Made by a program: the position numbers and the translations under genes. A DNA stretch of 64,000 nt from Lingula anatina (Eukaryota; Animalia; Brachiopoda). Shown here piece by piece: positions 25,001-37,753 of this stretch. The notes below the pieces were generated by a model. That model saw nothing but the letters and a program-made list of their open reading frames with translations, did not search any database and had not been told where the DNA came from. The number at the start of each line of letters is the position of its first letter. Position 1 is the first letter of the stretch. Location: the NCBI GenBank assembly GCA_051362555.1, contig CM120646.1:16244001-16308000 (forward strand), written 5' to 3'.

Positions 25001-28000
25001 TCCCCATACTACCAAAGTTTAGGTCCATGTACTTTCTTAAAAATGGCATAAACAAACATCTTTTCACAGAAAATTACAATTTCTTTTTTTTTTTTTTTTT
25101 TTTTGCAGAATTTTGGTAAAAAATCAATCTACGCAGTTGGCACTAATAACATATAAATTCAAACCAAATATTAACAGCTTTATATTCAAGCTTTTCTGCC
25201 ATTATGGTGTTAATGACCAAGGCATCTTCAAGGAAATAAATGGCTAGCACCTTGAGTGATTGGATAGTTATTTGAAGTGAACTACCTTGTGACCCACGTC
25301 GAGTAGTACTGCAGACGTATGCCAAGTAAGAGCTCCTTGAAAACGAATGTGGAACACAGGTCTTTTCAGGTGTGTATGGGTATTAGTTATCAAGTTTTGT
25401 CCTAGAATACAGATTTGCCTTATACTGTACATTATAAGAAGACTGACAATATTATATGTATTTTCTAGGTTTTTTTTCCCCCCCCGAGTTCATGTTTGGG
25501 TTTTGTCAGTCCTGGAATAAGATCACAGAGCTCAAGCAGTGTTGATCAATGACATTTGCCTTGGAACACTGTGCGAGTTTAAATTTTGACTTGACACCAA
25601 AGATGATATATATCATATACACAGAGACATTAAACAAAGGAATTTAAAGGAACAGACTATAGGTACAGTGTCCATATATATATATATATAAGCTTCTTAG
25701 TTTAGCATCACCAATTTCCTTTCATATGGAAAAAATGAAGTAAAAAAAAAAAAGGCTGTTTCCAGTGAAAGGATCTTAGAAAGAGCAGACAAAAAGTCAA
25801 CTTCTGGTATGAGTTCATGAAATATCTCATCCTGTAAAAAGTTGAATATACCTCTAGTGAAGTGATTAGAAGAGGCTAATGATAATGATAAAAACTTGAG
25901 ACTGAACAAATGGCAGAACTTAATGCAACTTTGGCAAATGGCACCGAACTGCTAGATATTTCCCCAGAGTACAATTATTATTTATGGACAGCAAATGCCA
26001 TAATTTTTCTGACTGCAGTTGTAGGAATTACTCTGAATTCTCTTGTGCTTGCTGTTTTTTACAAAAGCATCGAGTACAACAGGACTTCGTACCTACTTTT
26101 TATCTTAGCAATCAATGACAATATATTTCTGGTTCTCCGTGCCTTACAATCTATCATTCTGACAACCTACCTTTATTATAAAGAAGCAAGAACTACCGGA
26201 TTAGAGAAAAGTATTGTTGGAATACAGGTTGCAACCTATTTTTCCATGACACTACAGATGTACATAGCTGCACTAGTCTCCAAAGAGCGTTTCTGCTCTG
26301 TCAAAAAACTGAACAGTATAAAAAACAAAATACCACTGACCAGGAGAGAAAAGCTGTTTCCATTATCTGTGGTGATCACTGGACTCTTAATATTCAATGC
26401 TCTTAAATTGTTTGATGTAGATCATTTGAAACTTGACCAGTGCAAAGATGCAGATCACTGTCCAATGCTGCTTCTAAAACAGGAACCATTCTGGAAGACA
26501 TACTCAGTTTTAATCCGAATTGCTTTAGAAATCCCAATTTCTGGTTTGCTGCCAGTGGGAATGTTTATATATTACACTATCAAGGCATTCAAGAAACTGT
26601 TTGAATATTCCAAAGTACATATTCATATCTTCAATGCAGCTCAAGTAGCAGAACGCAAGAAACTTAATAGGGAAATGCTGACTATTGTAACAGTTATTGC
26701 AGTATTCATGATGATAAACACATCACTGAATTTGGCAATACAGGTCAAATCTGTTTTTCCACAGACAGGTCCAAGTGTGTCTCCTGTTGCCATATTCTTG
26801 GTTGGAGTGTTCAATGCAGTAAGCTCCTCACTGAACTTCATTGTCTATGGCATATTTGGATCACTTTTTAGAACAGAATTAAAGAGCATCTGCTGTTGTG
26901 CTAGTAATGCATAGAACAAAACTTAATATCCTTCAGTTATAGAAAAAAATGACAAAACATGGCATAAGACTAGGATACCCCAGCCCTTTCATATTTGAAA
27001 AAAAAAAAAGGGGGTCAAAAGGCTGCAATGATATCACATGACAACATGACTGAATAGGTACCTCAGTGGTAAATTATTTCAAGGGCAAAGGAGAGCCAAA
27101 GACCATGTTTACGTTTTCACCAATGTATATGAAGAAGGAAATGAGAAAACACTAAAAAAGGGCCTGGTTGGCATTAAAGTTTCTTTATAAATTTAACATT
27201 TAGTTCATAGATGAGCTCCCTCCAGGTTTAATTAAGACCTGACATGAGACTACATGATGTCACTAGACAAAGAAACAAGATGGCCATCAGCCAATTCAGG
27301 ATGTCATTTTGGGCATATGATAAAAACTTGAAAATTTCGTACATGTATTATTGATATTATCCATGTATCAACATGGCCTTTCTCTGGCAAAATAAGTATT
27401 AAATGTTAATTAGAAAAAATCTCTTTCTGAATATGTAAAAGTCAATAATGAGAATTTATTTGTGTAAATTCTTATTTATTATGAACTTTGTCAGACAAAT
27501 CAGTGAGTCTTTAATGAGAATATCTTTGTTAAAATTCTTACATAAATATGACATTTGCCACACAAAATCAGAAAGTCTCCACTGAGACATATAGCTGTTT
27601 ATTTGTTTATCTATAAATGATTATGATTAACTGTACATCACAAGCTTCAAACTCCAGTGCACGGGTAGAAGCAATAATATTATTTCTGTACATCATATTT
27701 ACATCTTCATAATATATTAATTGTATTTATGCCTATTTCCTATTTATATGTATTTGTGATTTCAGAAGGAAAGGTTAGAATTGGCATCGAGATCATTTGA
27801 TCTGCTGAAATATGATATAAGAATGATAATAAGAAAATGTTAGAAGTTTTATGTATTTACATATGTACATAACACCTGCAGCTGGTGATTGCTGTAAAGC
27901 AGCATGAAAATATTGAACAAATGTGAAAATTACTTATATCTCTGTTGATAAGTTCTGAATATCGTTTGGAGTACTCTGTGTTGTTGTGTACAACATAAAT

Positions 28001-31000
28001 AATAGCACACATGCACGCATGAAACATGATTAGGAAGTTTAATAGTGATAGTGTTATTATTCACATCTTGTTACCATGCTACAGTATTTATAAATTCCCA
28101 TTTAGTTAGTCAAATTGTGTAATGCTATTGTCAAGTTTTACAATGGGATGTTTCAGTTAATTAAGGCAAGCAATATAGGCAAGCAAGTAAATTGTGACAT
28201 TTACTGAAAAAGGATGTAAGGAATACAGTAAGTGCTAACAGAAAGTCAGTATTAACAGAAAGGAAAGCAGATGCAGTACTGGAAAAATTTTAGAACTTAA
28301 TTCATAGGTTAACTACCTGAAGGGAGATTCACCAGTACTTCGCTTCCTCTGATGCAGAATTAGTATGACCACTGTATTATCAAATTGAATGCATTTTACC
28401 TGTGAAATTCCAAGCAAACCATTGAGGTTGACATCTAGCATTGTGTTCCATGCATTAAATACTCCTAGAGCAATGGAAAAGGACAGACCAACAAGCCACA
28501 GCCTACGGTGTCTGAAAACAGAGCAAAAAATCACTTAAATCATTACTGTAACACAACTTTAAAATTTAGGCATAAAAGTTGAAGGGCTACAAGTTCTATT
28601 AACTTTTCCTATGATCTAGATGAACCACTGTTCTTTATTTATTTACATGTACTTATCTATTAAGTTTTGGTACAAGTACATTACTTATTACTATGATGAT
28701 GTATACTTGTACATAGATAAGGATTAATTTACGATGATGATACTCAAGTACACTAAGGTTGCTTAGCCTAACACCCAGGACTTGGGGTTGTTTATAATAG
28801 AAAAATGGTGGCTAGATCACAGCAGCCCTCTCAGTTTCTGTAACTGGTATCAAATATTAATGCTTCTAACTTCAAGAACATGTTTTTTTTAAAAAAGAAC
28901 CTACTGCAGATGTGGCACTGGTTTATAAGAAGTCAATAGATTATATTAAGAAGACCAATTCTACGACTAACAGACCTATTTTACCTGCGCCGCATTGACC
29001 CACCTGACCAGCTGCTGCAGTCCATCTTTGAAATCCAGTCTCTCCACCGCAGCCGACTTGCTGGGTGGCTTGGGAGGGGAGTTAGGGAAATAGACCAGTA
29101 CAGCCAGAAACAGCAGAGCAGTCCAGCCACCTTCTGGAAGTAGGTGTGGATCAAGAGACTTAACAACATGCTACTTTTGTAAGTAAATTAATAGAACTGA
29201 AAACATAACTATCTCAATTAGATGTTCTTTATACTTTAACTTGATAACAACAGTATTCAAACTGCAGTTCCAGTCATTATGGTTGATTTTTGCTATTTTG
29301 TTTCTTATGGAAGTTTAAATATACATTAACTTTCACAGACTTACTGCATAAAAAAGAGGAATTTTACATATAATTTTTATTGGGAACTCATTAAGTAATC
29401 AGCAGGATGACATGAACACATCCATAACACTTAAATCATACTTTTCTTTTATTTTTGAATAGGGCTCTGACCTTGTGACATTCAATGACAATTTTCAATA
29501 CCACTTATTCTGTACATTTCTACAACTCAATATTTTTTCAATGAGAGTTGTCATAAAACACACAGTTTCTTACTTGGTCCATAGTCTCTTTATTTAATAT
29601 CACATTATTTTTAAAATTTTATATTATTTCTATACACACATGTTAATTTTTCCTTTTATTCACTTACTTTATTGTTTCAAAAGGGATACTTAATCAATTT
29701 TCACTCAAATTTTTTGAGTAGTTTCTCTGAACAAGTTTGCCCAGCTTTGCTTGCAATGCAAAAAATTGACTTAGTCATGCAGGACATAATAGCTTACCCA
29801 AATACATGAAAAACCTGATATCATTCCTCTCCTGTGCTGCATATAATCTCTGCACTGAGATATTCAGTCCTGTCATGTTGTGCTCACTGACCAGCCGAGG
29901 ACCTAGAAAAAGTGCATTTTTACCAGAACATGATGATTAGAAAATGTGACACTTGTGCTAGTAAACTATGTTGTGCCAAAATTATGCTAGAGGAATTATG
30001 CTAAAGGACCTACAGAAACCGCAAGTCCAGAGATTTTGTGACCGAGGTGTATCCAACACACCTGTCTCTTTGTTTAAAACAGAAAATTTTTAAAACTGAA
30101 AACTGTTTAATATACTAATTTCACCCCTAAACTACATGTATGTCTCAGGGGCGGATCCAGAGATATTTCTGACAGTCTTCCACATTATCTTTGTTGATCC
30201 ATCCTCCATTTTTTGACTGTCTTCCGACAGAAAAAAATAGGTACTCATCAATGTAAACTTAGAAATTTGTCCGTTTTCCGGAAGACCCAGAGGACCGCCT
30301 CAATCCGCCCCTGTGTATTGCTATGTTGAAAATGTCTATTATCATCTAAATGTGGAACTGGAAATCAGCCATTTTGTATTCACTTATTATGATCTTATTT
30401 TCTAAAATGTTTTCTATCACTCTAAGAATCATACTTGAAATCAATTAATTAAATGCACATCTTTGAGTTTCAGCCATTACTGGAAACTTACTTGCCTTCA
30501 CTACCAGAATGCCTCCAATGGGGAACATTGAAATTATTTGTTAGATGTAACCATATGTGAGCACTACACACTGAAAGGTTTACATTTATTAAATATCTAA
30601 AAGCGATGCCTTGGGCACATGCCTTTGTACATCACTCACCTAAGAGAAAGGACACTGCCAGTCCCATCCAGCCCGAGTTGGCCATGATAGCAGTAGCTGT
30701 CGCCCTCTGGTGGGGAGGAAACCAGTGACTGGACAACAAGGGAGGAGCAGACATACACACAGGACCTCCAAGACCAGCAAAGATCTGACCTAGATTGGCC
30801 AACCTGGGTAGTGAAGAAAAATACTGTGTAGGTAGTATTTTCATTAATTATATAATAATTCAACTTATAAATAATGGTTTAACTTGATCAATGTCATAAG
30901 TGTTGCCACTCTTAAAGTATGTGTTTTGGTCCATAATAACATTTTTTTGTGAAAAACACACTTTTTTCAAAATAGATTACTCATTTTCTAAACAAAATTA

Positions 31001-32031
31001 CAAATTTACTGTACATTTATCTGCAAGTCTGGAAATCACTTCCAATTTTGTATTGAATTTTATCAGTAACGTGTATAAAAAGTCCAGAGTAAGAACTGTG
31101 ACAGAAAATGTTATCGAACAAAATTGACATGAGAAATGTCAGGGAGAGAGAGAGAGAGAGAGAGAGGAGTAAAGTCTTACCAGGTGAGCAAGGGAGGCAT
31201 GACAGGAATACACTTCAGTATTGCACTTATCAACATTAAGCTAATTGTCAACAGTGTTGCCACACGGAGTCCTGAAAAATGCACATATATCTGTGAATGT
31301 TACAAGTATATGTGTTAGTAATATTTGTGTTACTGTGAGCATTTAAGTCCCCACCCCTTTGTCCTGAGTATTTACATTTATTCTTAATCTAAAAAATAGA
31401 ACTGGAATTTCAACAAAATGACGTAATTTAAATCAACATCCCAAGTGTATATGGTGCCCTCTTCACAATGGTGACCTTCACTATTTCCCTTTCACATCTG
31501 GTGACCTTCACACTTAAAGCTTTAAATCCAGTGACCATAACACCTTACATTTCACATCTAGTGACTTTTGATCGGCCCTTTTCTTTTCACATCTGGTAAC
31601 CTTAACCCCTAACCTCTCACATCTGGTGACCTTCACCCCTAACCTTTCATATCTGGTGACCTTCACCCCTTACTAGTACCTTTTACATCTAATGACCTTT
31701 ACCCCTTACCTTTCACATCTAGTATCCAGGCAAAGGGCAGCATGCTGACAGCAAAGGTGACCAGCCCCCAGGTGGTAAGCAGGGCCACCTCCCCATCACT
31801 CCAGTTAAATGCATGCTTACAGCTATCTGCTATAGGGCCATAGGTATTGTACTGGGCTGCCTGGGTCATAGCCACCAGTGAGAAGACCAGTACTATCCAC
31901 CATCTCCTCTTATACACATGAACTTCTGCATGGACCTCATGGGTCTCGTTTATAGTGACAGGACCCGAGGAGTTGATGGCAGAGAATTCTGGAGATTTTG
32001 TACTGAGGAGAGGTGAACGTTCATCTGCCAT
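22017..32031 (-). CDS. SLC49A4: Lysosomal MFS transporter SLC49A4/DIRC2-like, ~482 aa; coding exons 32031-31710, 31271-31181, 30803-30640, 29902-29798, 29133-29004, 28511-28400, 23631-23564, 23315-23197, 22934-22752, 22171-22017
   Basis: Ten exons join in frame (1449 nt). N-terminal dileucine motif ERSPLL, VYKRRWW, WFPPHQRATATA, PLFYELACETTYP, WMNW...FKEKYTRL match the SLC49/DIRC2 family. Confidence 0.88.
22250..22431. repeat. ~90-bp tandem duplication in the last SLC49A4 intron
   Basis: Two copies of CCTCCAAAAATCAGCC...GGAATTTTCTAGTTTTCTT. Confidence 0.8.
24426..24640. mobile_element. Tourist/PIF-Harbinger-like MITE family A, copy 2 (inverted relative to copy 1)
   Basis: Reverse complement of 21242-21454 with only a few substitutions; TAA/TTA flanks. 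Confidence 0.8.
25910..26914 (+). CDS. Intronless rhodopsin-family 7TM GPCR (divergent FMRFamide-receptor/srw-like), nested antisense in SLC49A4 coding intron 6
   Basis: 334 aa with seven hydrophobic segments, N-glycosylation sites NAT/NGT, TM1 GxxxN, TM2 LAxxD, TM3 ERF, TM7 NFIVY, and helix 8 FR..L followed by CCC. Confidence 0.88.
   Translation: MAELNATLANGTELLDISPEYNYYLWTANAIIFLTAVVGITLNSLVLAVFYKSIEYNRTSYLLFILAINDNIFLVLRALQSIILTTYLYYKEARTTGLEKSIVGIQVATYFSMTLQMYIAALVSKERFCSVKKLNSIKNKIPLTRREKLFPLSVVITGLLIFNALKLFDVDHLKLDQCKDADHCPMLLLKQEPFWKTYSVLIRIALEIPISGLLPVGMFIYYTIKAFKKLFEYSKVHIHIFNAAQVAERKKLNREMLTIVTVIAVFMMINTSLNLAIQVKSVFPQTGPSVSPVAIFLVGVFNAVSSSLNFIVYGIFGSLFRTELKSICCCASNA
30146..30313. 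mobile_element. Short MITE with CAGGGGCGGAT TIRs
   Basis: CAGGGGCGGATCC ... AATCCGCCCCTG inverted ends; TSD unclear. Confidence 0.65.
31455..31722. repeat. ~29-37-bp minisatellite overlapping the donor of the first SLC49A4 coding exon
   Basis: About nine degenerate copies of CCCCTTACCTTTCACATCTGGTGACCTTCA; the last copy straddles the exon/intron junction at 31709/31710. Confidence 0.8.
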
Positions 32032-32539
32032 TGTTCCTGTAAACAACAACATACCTACTGAGGAATATTCAAACATTTGTTCAGCAGACTCAGTGGTAGA
32101 TATAACTGCAAAATATTTGTTTATAAAATGGATTGAAATATTTATAATAAGAATTAAATCAATATTCTTTGCAGGGTGCTCTCTTTAATTCAGTCTACAA
32201 AAAAAAAAAAAAAAAAAAATCTTTATAAATATGTTGCTTATCATAAATGCTCACAGTACTGTGTACCATCATAAGATTGTTGATGTGTTTGAATAACAAA
32301 ATTTATTCAAGTTAAATATTAAAGGTTTATGTGCTAGAGATGCACTAAAATTTGAATAACTTTCTAAATGAGATAACTCAAAAATTCAGATGGTTTATTC
32401 ATATATGAAACTGTCTGTGCTTTAAATTTCAAGTCTTTGAGGCTCTGTGTGCACCCTAAATGTAAGACAACACAAAGTCAAAGATAAATCATTGTCAAAC
32501 AATTTTAGATGTCAGTGGCTAGTGGTTTTTAAAATTTTA

Positions 32540-32881
32540 CCTGTGAAAGACCTGCCCCAGTCTTTAAGATTTCACCAGTGCCTGGCTAACAAAAGGAAAT
32601 AATTGAGCGCCGCATGACTATATTTATTGAGTCACGGCTTGGAAATGTATAGCAAATGTCCCGTGACATAGCCACCATATCATTAACTCCCATATCGTGC
32701 CACAAGAGGGCAGCGTTTGCAGTAACCACATTCCTTCCTCTTTTGTAGAAGATTTTGTTCTCTATTCAGGCCAATCACAATAAAGCGTCACGTTGAATGC
32801 GTAACTACTTCTCTTTCGGCACATCCGGCTTCGTGGCAAACGCAGTTGAAAGCAGAGAGTGCATATTCCTTGAAAAATCAG
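32540..32881. promoter_or_regulatory. Putative bidirectional promoter between SLC49A4 (-) and SEC61G (+)
   Basis: Outward-facing donors at ~32540 (minus strand, CAG|GTAAAA) and 32881 (plus strand, CAG|GTACGT). CpG-richer than the flanks. CCAAT at 32771, CTCF-like GCCACAAGAGGGCAGC at 32699-32714, pyrimidine tract CTTCTCTTTC at ~32808. Confidence 0.55.
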
Positions 32882-33171
32882 GTACGTAAATCGCAAGAAG
32901 CGTTTCTGTTTCAATACAGATTCAACAAATAAGCAATATTCAACTCCTTGAAATAGCTTTTAACTCCGTTTCAAGGTGAAACGTGCTTTTTAAAGATTTT
33001 GTTTTGACCAATGTGGCCAACATTTCAAAACACATTGGAAAGATGGAAAGATACATTGATTCTTATGAGAAAAGATGACGTGTCGTTGGTAATTCAGATT
33101 TTTGCAAAAACTTTTCAGTGCTTGCCTCAATTTTTCCCTTCTGATTTTTGTTTCAACGTGCTGGATTTAAG

Positions 33172-33271
<100 letters not shown>

Positions 33272-33368
33272 TCAGAAGTAGTTATAAATAATACAAAAAA
33301 ATTATAGTAATCATTCATTACAAATTGCAGCTTAGTACATACATAGTCTAACTTTTTATTTAGGTAAA

Positions 33369-34439
<1,071 letters not shown>

Positions 34440-35269
34440 AAGAAGATTGAGCACAGATAAAGCATTCATAGGACTGGGATAATTACTGTTACCACCGTTT
34501 GACACAAAAGGAGAAACTTGAATGAGATACCTAATTTATGGAGGCAGTGATGACTGTAACATTACAATGAATATAGATAGAGAGTTGTGTAATTTCCCAA
34601 AGGACCTTTGATGACAAAGCCCTCATTATGTATTGTCAGATTCTTCTGGTTATCAGCTGTCTGTAGGACTGCAGATAAAAGTTACAGACATGCTTAAGGC
34701 TGAAACCAACTTCTTGTCATTCTTATTGTACAGATCATTGTACTTGTCTTTAATTTTTTAAATGTCCAATAAAAGAAAATATGTAACTAAAAAGAAATTT
34801 GTTTGTATTCTTTATGCTTTATTAAATGGGCTTTGAAATAGATAAACGATACTATTATTAATTTGGTAACTGATCAGAATCACATTTGAAAACTGAAATA
34901 CAGACTGCTGAATTTGATTTTTTCTATGTTAGAAACGCAGTATTCCTGTTGCAAGGTTAATATAAAATATATGTTGTTGGAAGCCTGGCGTGAAATTCAT
35001 GCACTAGCAGTAGCTTTTCTAACATAGGAGTGATGACGCACGTATTAGGAGCGTGTCATTGCTATGGATGACATATACATTATTCGACCTAAAAATTGAA
35101 AATAAAGCAGACGTTTGAAAATGTGATTCTAAACAATGTTTGTAATAGTCTAACGTGTCGGGGAGGAACCACTCTCTCACGGCGTGTAATTGTGTTAGTT
35201 GAGATGCGATGAAAATGCTGCAGGAAAAGAGGACAGCTCAACCGGAAGTACTTGCAATAACGTGGCAAA

Positions 35270-37680
35270 ATGGAGTGGATGCACACGTTGGTTTTCTTAC
35301 TTGCGCTGATTTTGGTAAGTTTTTTCATACCTTCTTTACGATCGATTTTGATCAAACTTGTTTATAATGTGAGATTATATGGGTTGATATTTTCAGATAT
35401 ATCTGCTTTATGTATCATGCTTTAGATATTTTGTTTGCAACGTAGAAACTTGATATTCTCCGTGTTGTAGACGCCGGTGCACAGTGAAAATAAACTCAGA
35501 TGTCGTCTTATCAGTTTATCTTCAGCGATATCTGGGTTATAGAAACGTGTCAGTAGATTATAAAATACCACATCTGCTAGTAGGGCATTGATATTTTAAA
35601 GCTGGTTTGTTGTTAGTGTTTGGGAATTGTAATTGAAAGGGTAGAACTCAATAAATGGCTGCATTAGATCAGTTAAACGAACCCTCTCGATTTGCATAAT
35701 ATGCATCCGGTGCGTTATTAATTATACTGGTGATTACAGGTTTGATGTACAGTAGCTTATATTATATCAGGCTGGCGTTTCTATGTGCCAAAAGAAAGTT
35801 TGTACCTACCCTATGGAATTTGATGACTTAAAAATGTATTAAAGCAAAATAGCTTTTACTTATTATAAGATTTTTATATTATTGTAGTATAGATAAATGT
35901 TGAAAAAATCATGACAACATTTGCGGGCGTGCACATGGATATCACCACATGTAAATTGTAAGTGATACTGAAAGAGTGTGACTGTCATTTTTATCTCTTT
36001 TCAGTGTCAAATTCCCTCTTCACTGCTGGCTAAGAAAAAAGGGGGAGATCTTATTATAGATGTAGATGATGTGAAGGAGTTTAAAAAATTATTAAAGACC
36101 AGGACCAATGTCTTGGTTGCATTTGGAAAAACAGGTAAGTCATTGTGTTTTTAGAAAATAAGTTTTCTTTTGATTGGATTTCATTAATAAAGTATGCTTA
36201 CCAGTATTTATATTATGGTGATTGCAATATGTCGTTCATTGTAAGGCAGATATGTGGTTTTCCTTTCAAATGCACATTTGCAAGTGAATAGACTTGAGTC
36301 ACTATAGACAGATTATTTCTGAAATCATTAACTGTGGTTGAATTATATTTATCAAAGGAACTACATTCCTCATTGTCAGCTGTTGTCATGGTTATGGTGA
36401 ACAAACAGGTCATCGCAAACTTAGTGCAAACCCTGGAATAGATACTTAGTTGTCAAAAAAACAAATTTTTTTTGATTGGTTGCTTATCTATAAAAATTAT
36501 TGTGCTTTTTGCTCTCCAGAAAAAGCTTTATCTAGTAAGAAAAGTTTACTCTCTGAGGTTGCCTTGGAGATGAAAGGAAAAGCCACTGTGATCACAGTAG
36601 ACTGCAGGTAACTAAGTCAACTTCCTTTGTACAATTGACTTATTATAAGTGCATTGAAAATATCTCCAAAGGGGTTGCACTCCTAAGAAAAAAGTACATT
36701 TAGTTCATTTATAACCCTGACCACTTAAATTACGCATTATCTTCTTGATATTGACTTTGGTATGTGCAAACTGCAATGAGTGTCATTTTCTGTTTTCTTT
36801 GTTTATAGTGAAGCCAAAAAATTATGTAAAAAGTTCAAAATTTCCCCATCACCAGTGGAGCTAAAACATTACAAGTGAGTATATACATGTGTGTGCATGC
36901 AAGTGCGTGTGCGTGCAGGGCCTGTAAGTGCATAAAACAATTAAGAGCACATTTCATCTCTCTGTTAGATGTATATTACTAAAGGATGATTCATTGATAG
37001 GTTGGGTAAGGCTTAAGAATGCATTATATTACTCCTTAAAGTTCACAAGTTTTTTAAAAGAATGGCTTAAATCATGTATTGTGCACACTGTATCCCAGAA
37101 AACTGAAATGAAGAAAATGCTCAGTGAATTTTGAACAGAACTGTGTTTTTAAAGTTATACCAATGTCTTTCAGAGATGGAGAATTTAATAAAGACTATGA
37201 CAGGAAGGAGGTAGTAAAGGTAGGCTTTGGATCTTTTGTTTTCTTTTGCTGTCTGAGTTAATTCTATTTTTTGGGGGGGGTGGGCTTATTGTTAAGTACC
37301 ATCAGAAACTGCTACTATGTAAAAATAAAGGTCAGTTTTGTGTACAGAGTACAATATGATTTTGCCTCAGTAGCCATTATTAAATACTCTACTTCATTTT
37401 CTTTATGTTTTCATATTTGGATCTATGTATTTTTCAAGGCTTTGTTTTAATGCTGCAAGAACATATTATTCAACTGAATTTTTTTAATCATATTTTATTA
37501 TGATTGTTTTGTTTAGTCCATGGTGAGTTTCTTACAAGATCCCACAGGAGACCTGCCCTGGGTTGAGGACAGCTCAGCTGAAGATGTGACACATTTAGAG
37601 AACCCAGGGGTAAGTCTGATCTCTCTGTTTCTCTCATGATCACTTTTTTTAATTCAGTCTGTACCTTAACAAATGTGCTC

Positions 37681-37753
<73 letters not shown>

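Noticed and set aside
28985-29003. CAG|GTAAAA as the donor of SLC49A4 coding exon 5
   Set aside because: It is out of phase with the next exon; the AG|GTGGGT donor at 29003 keeps frame.
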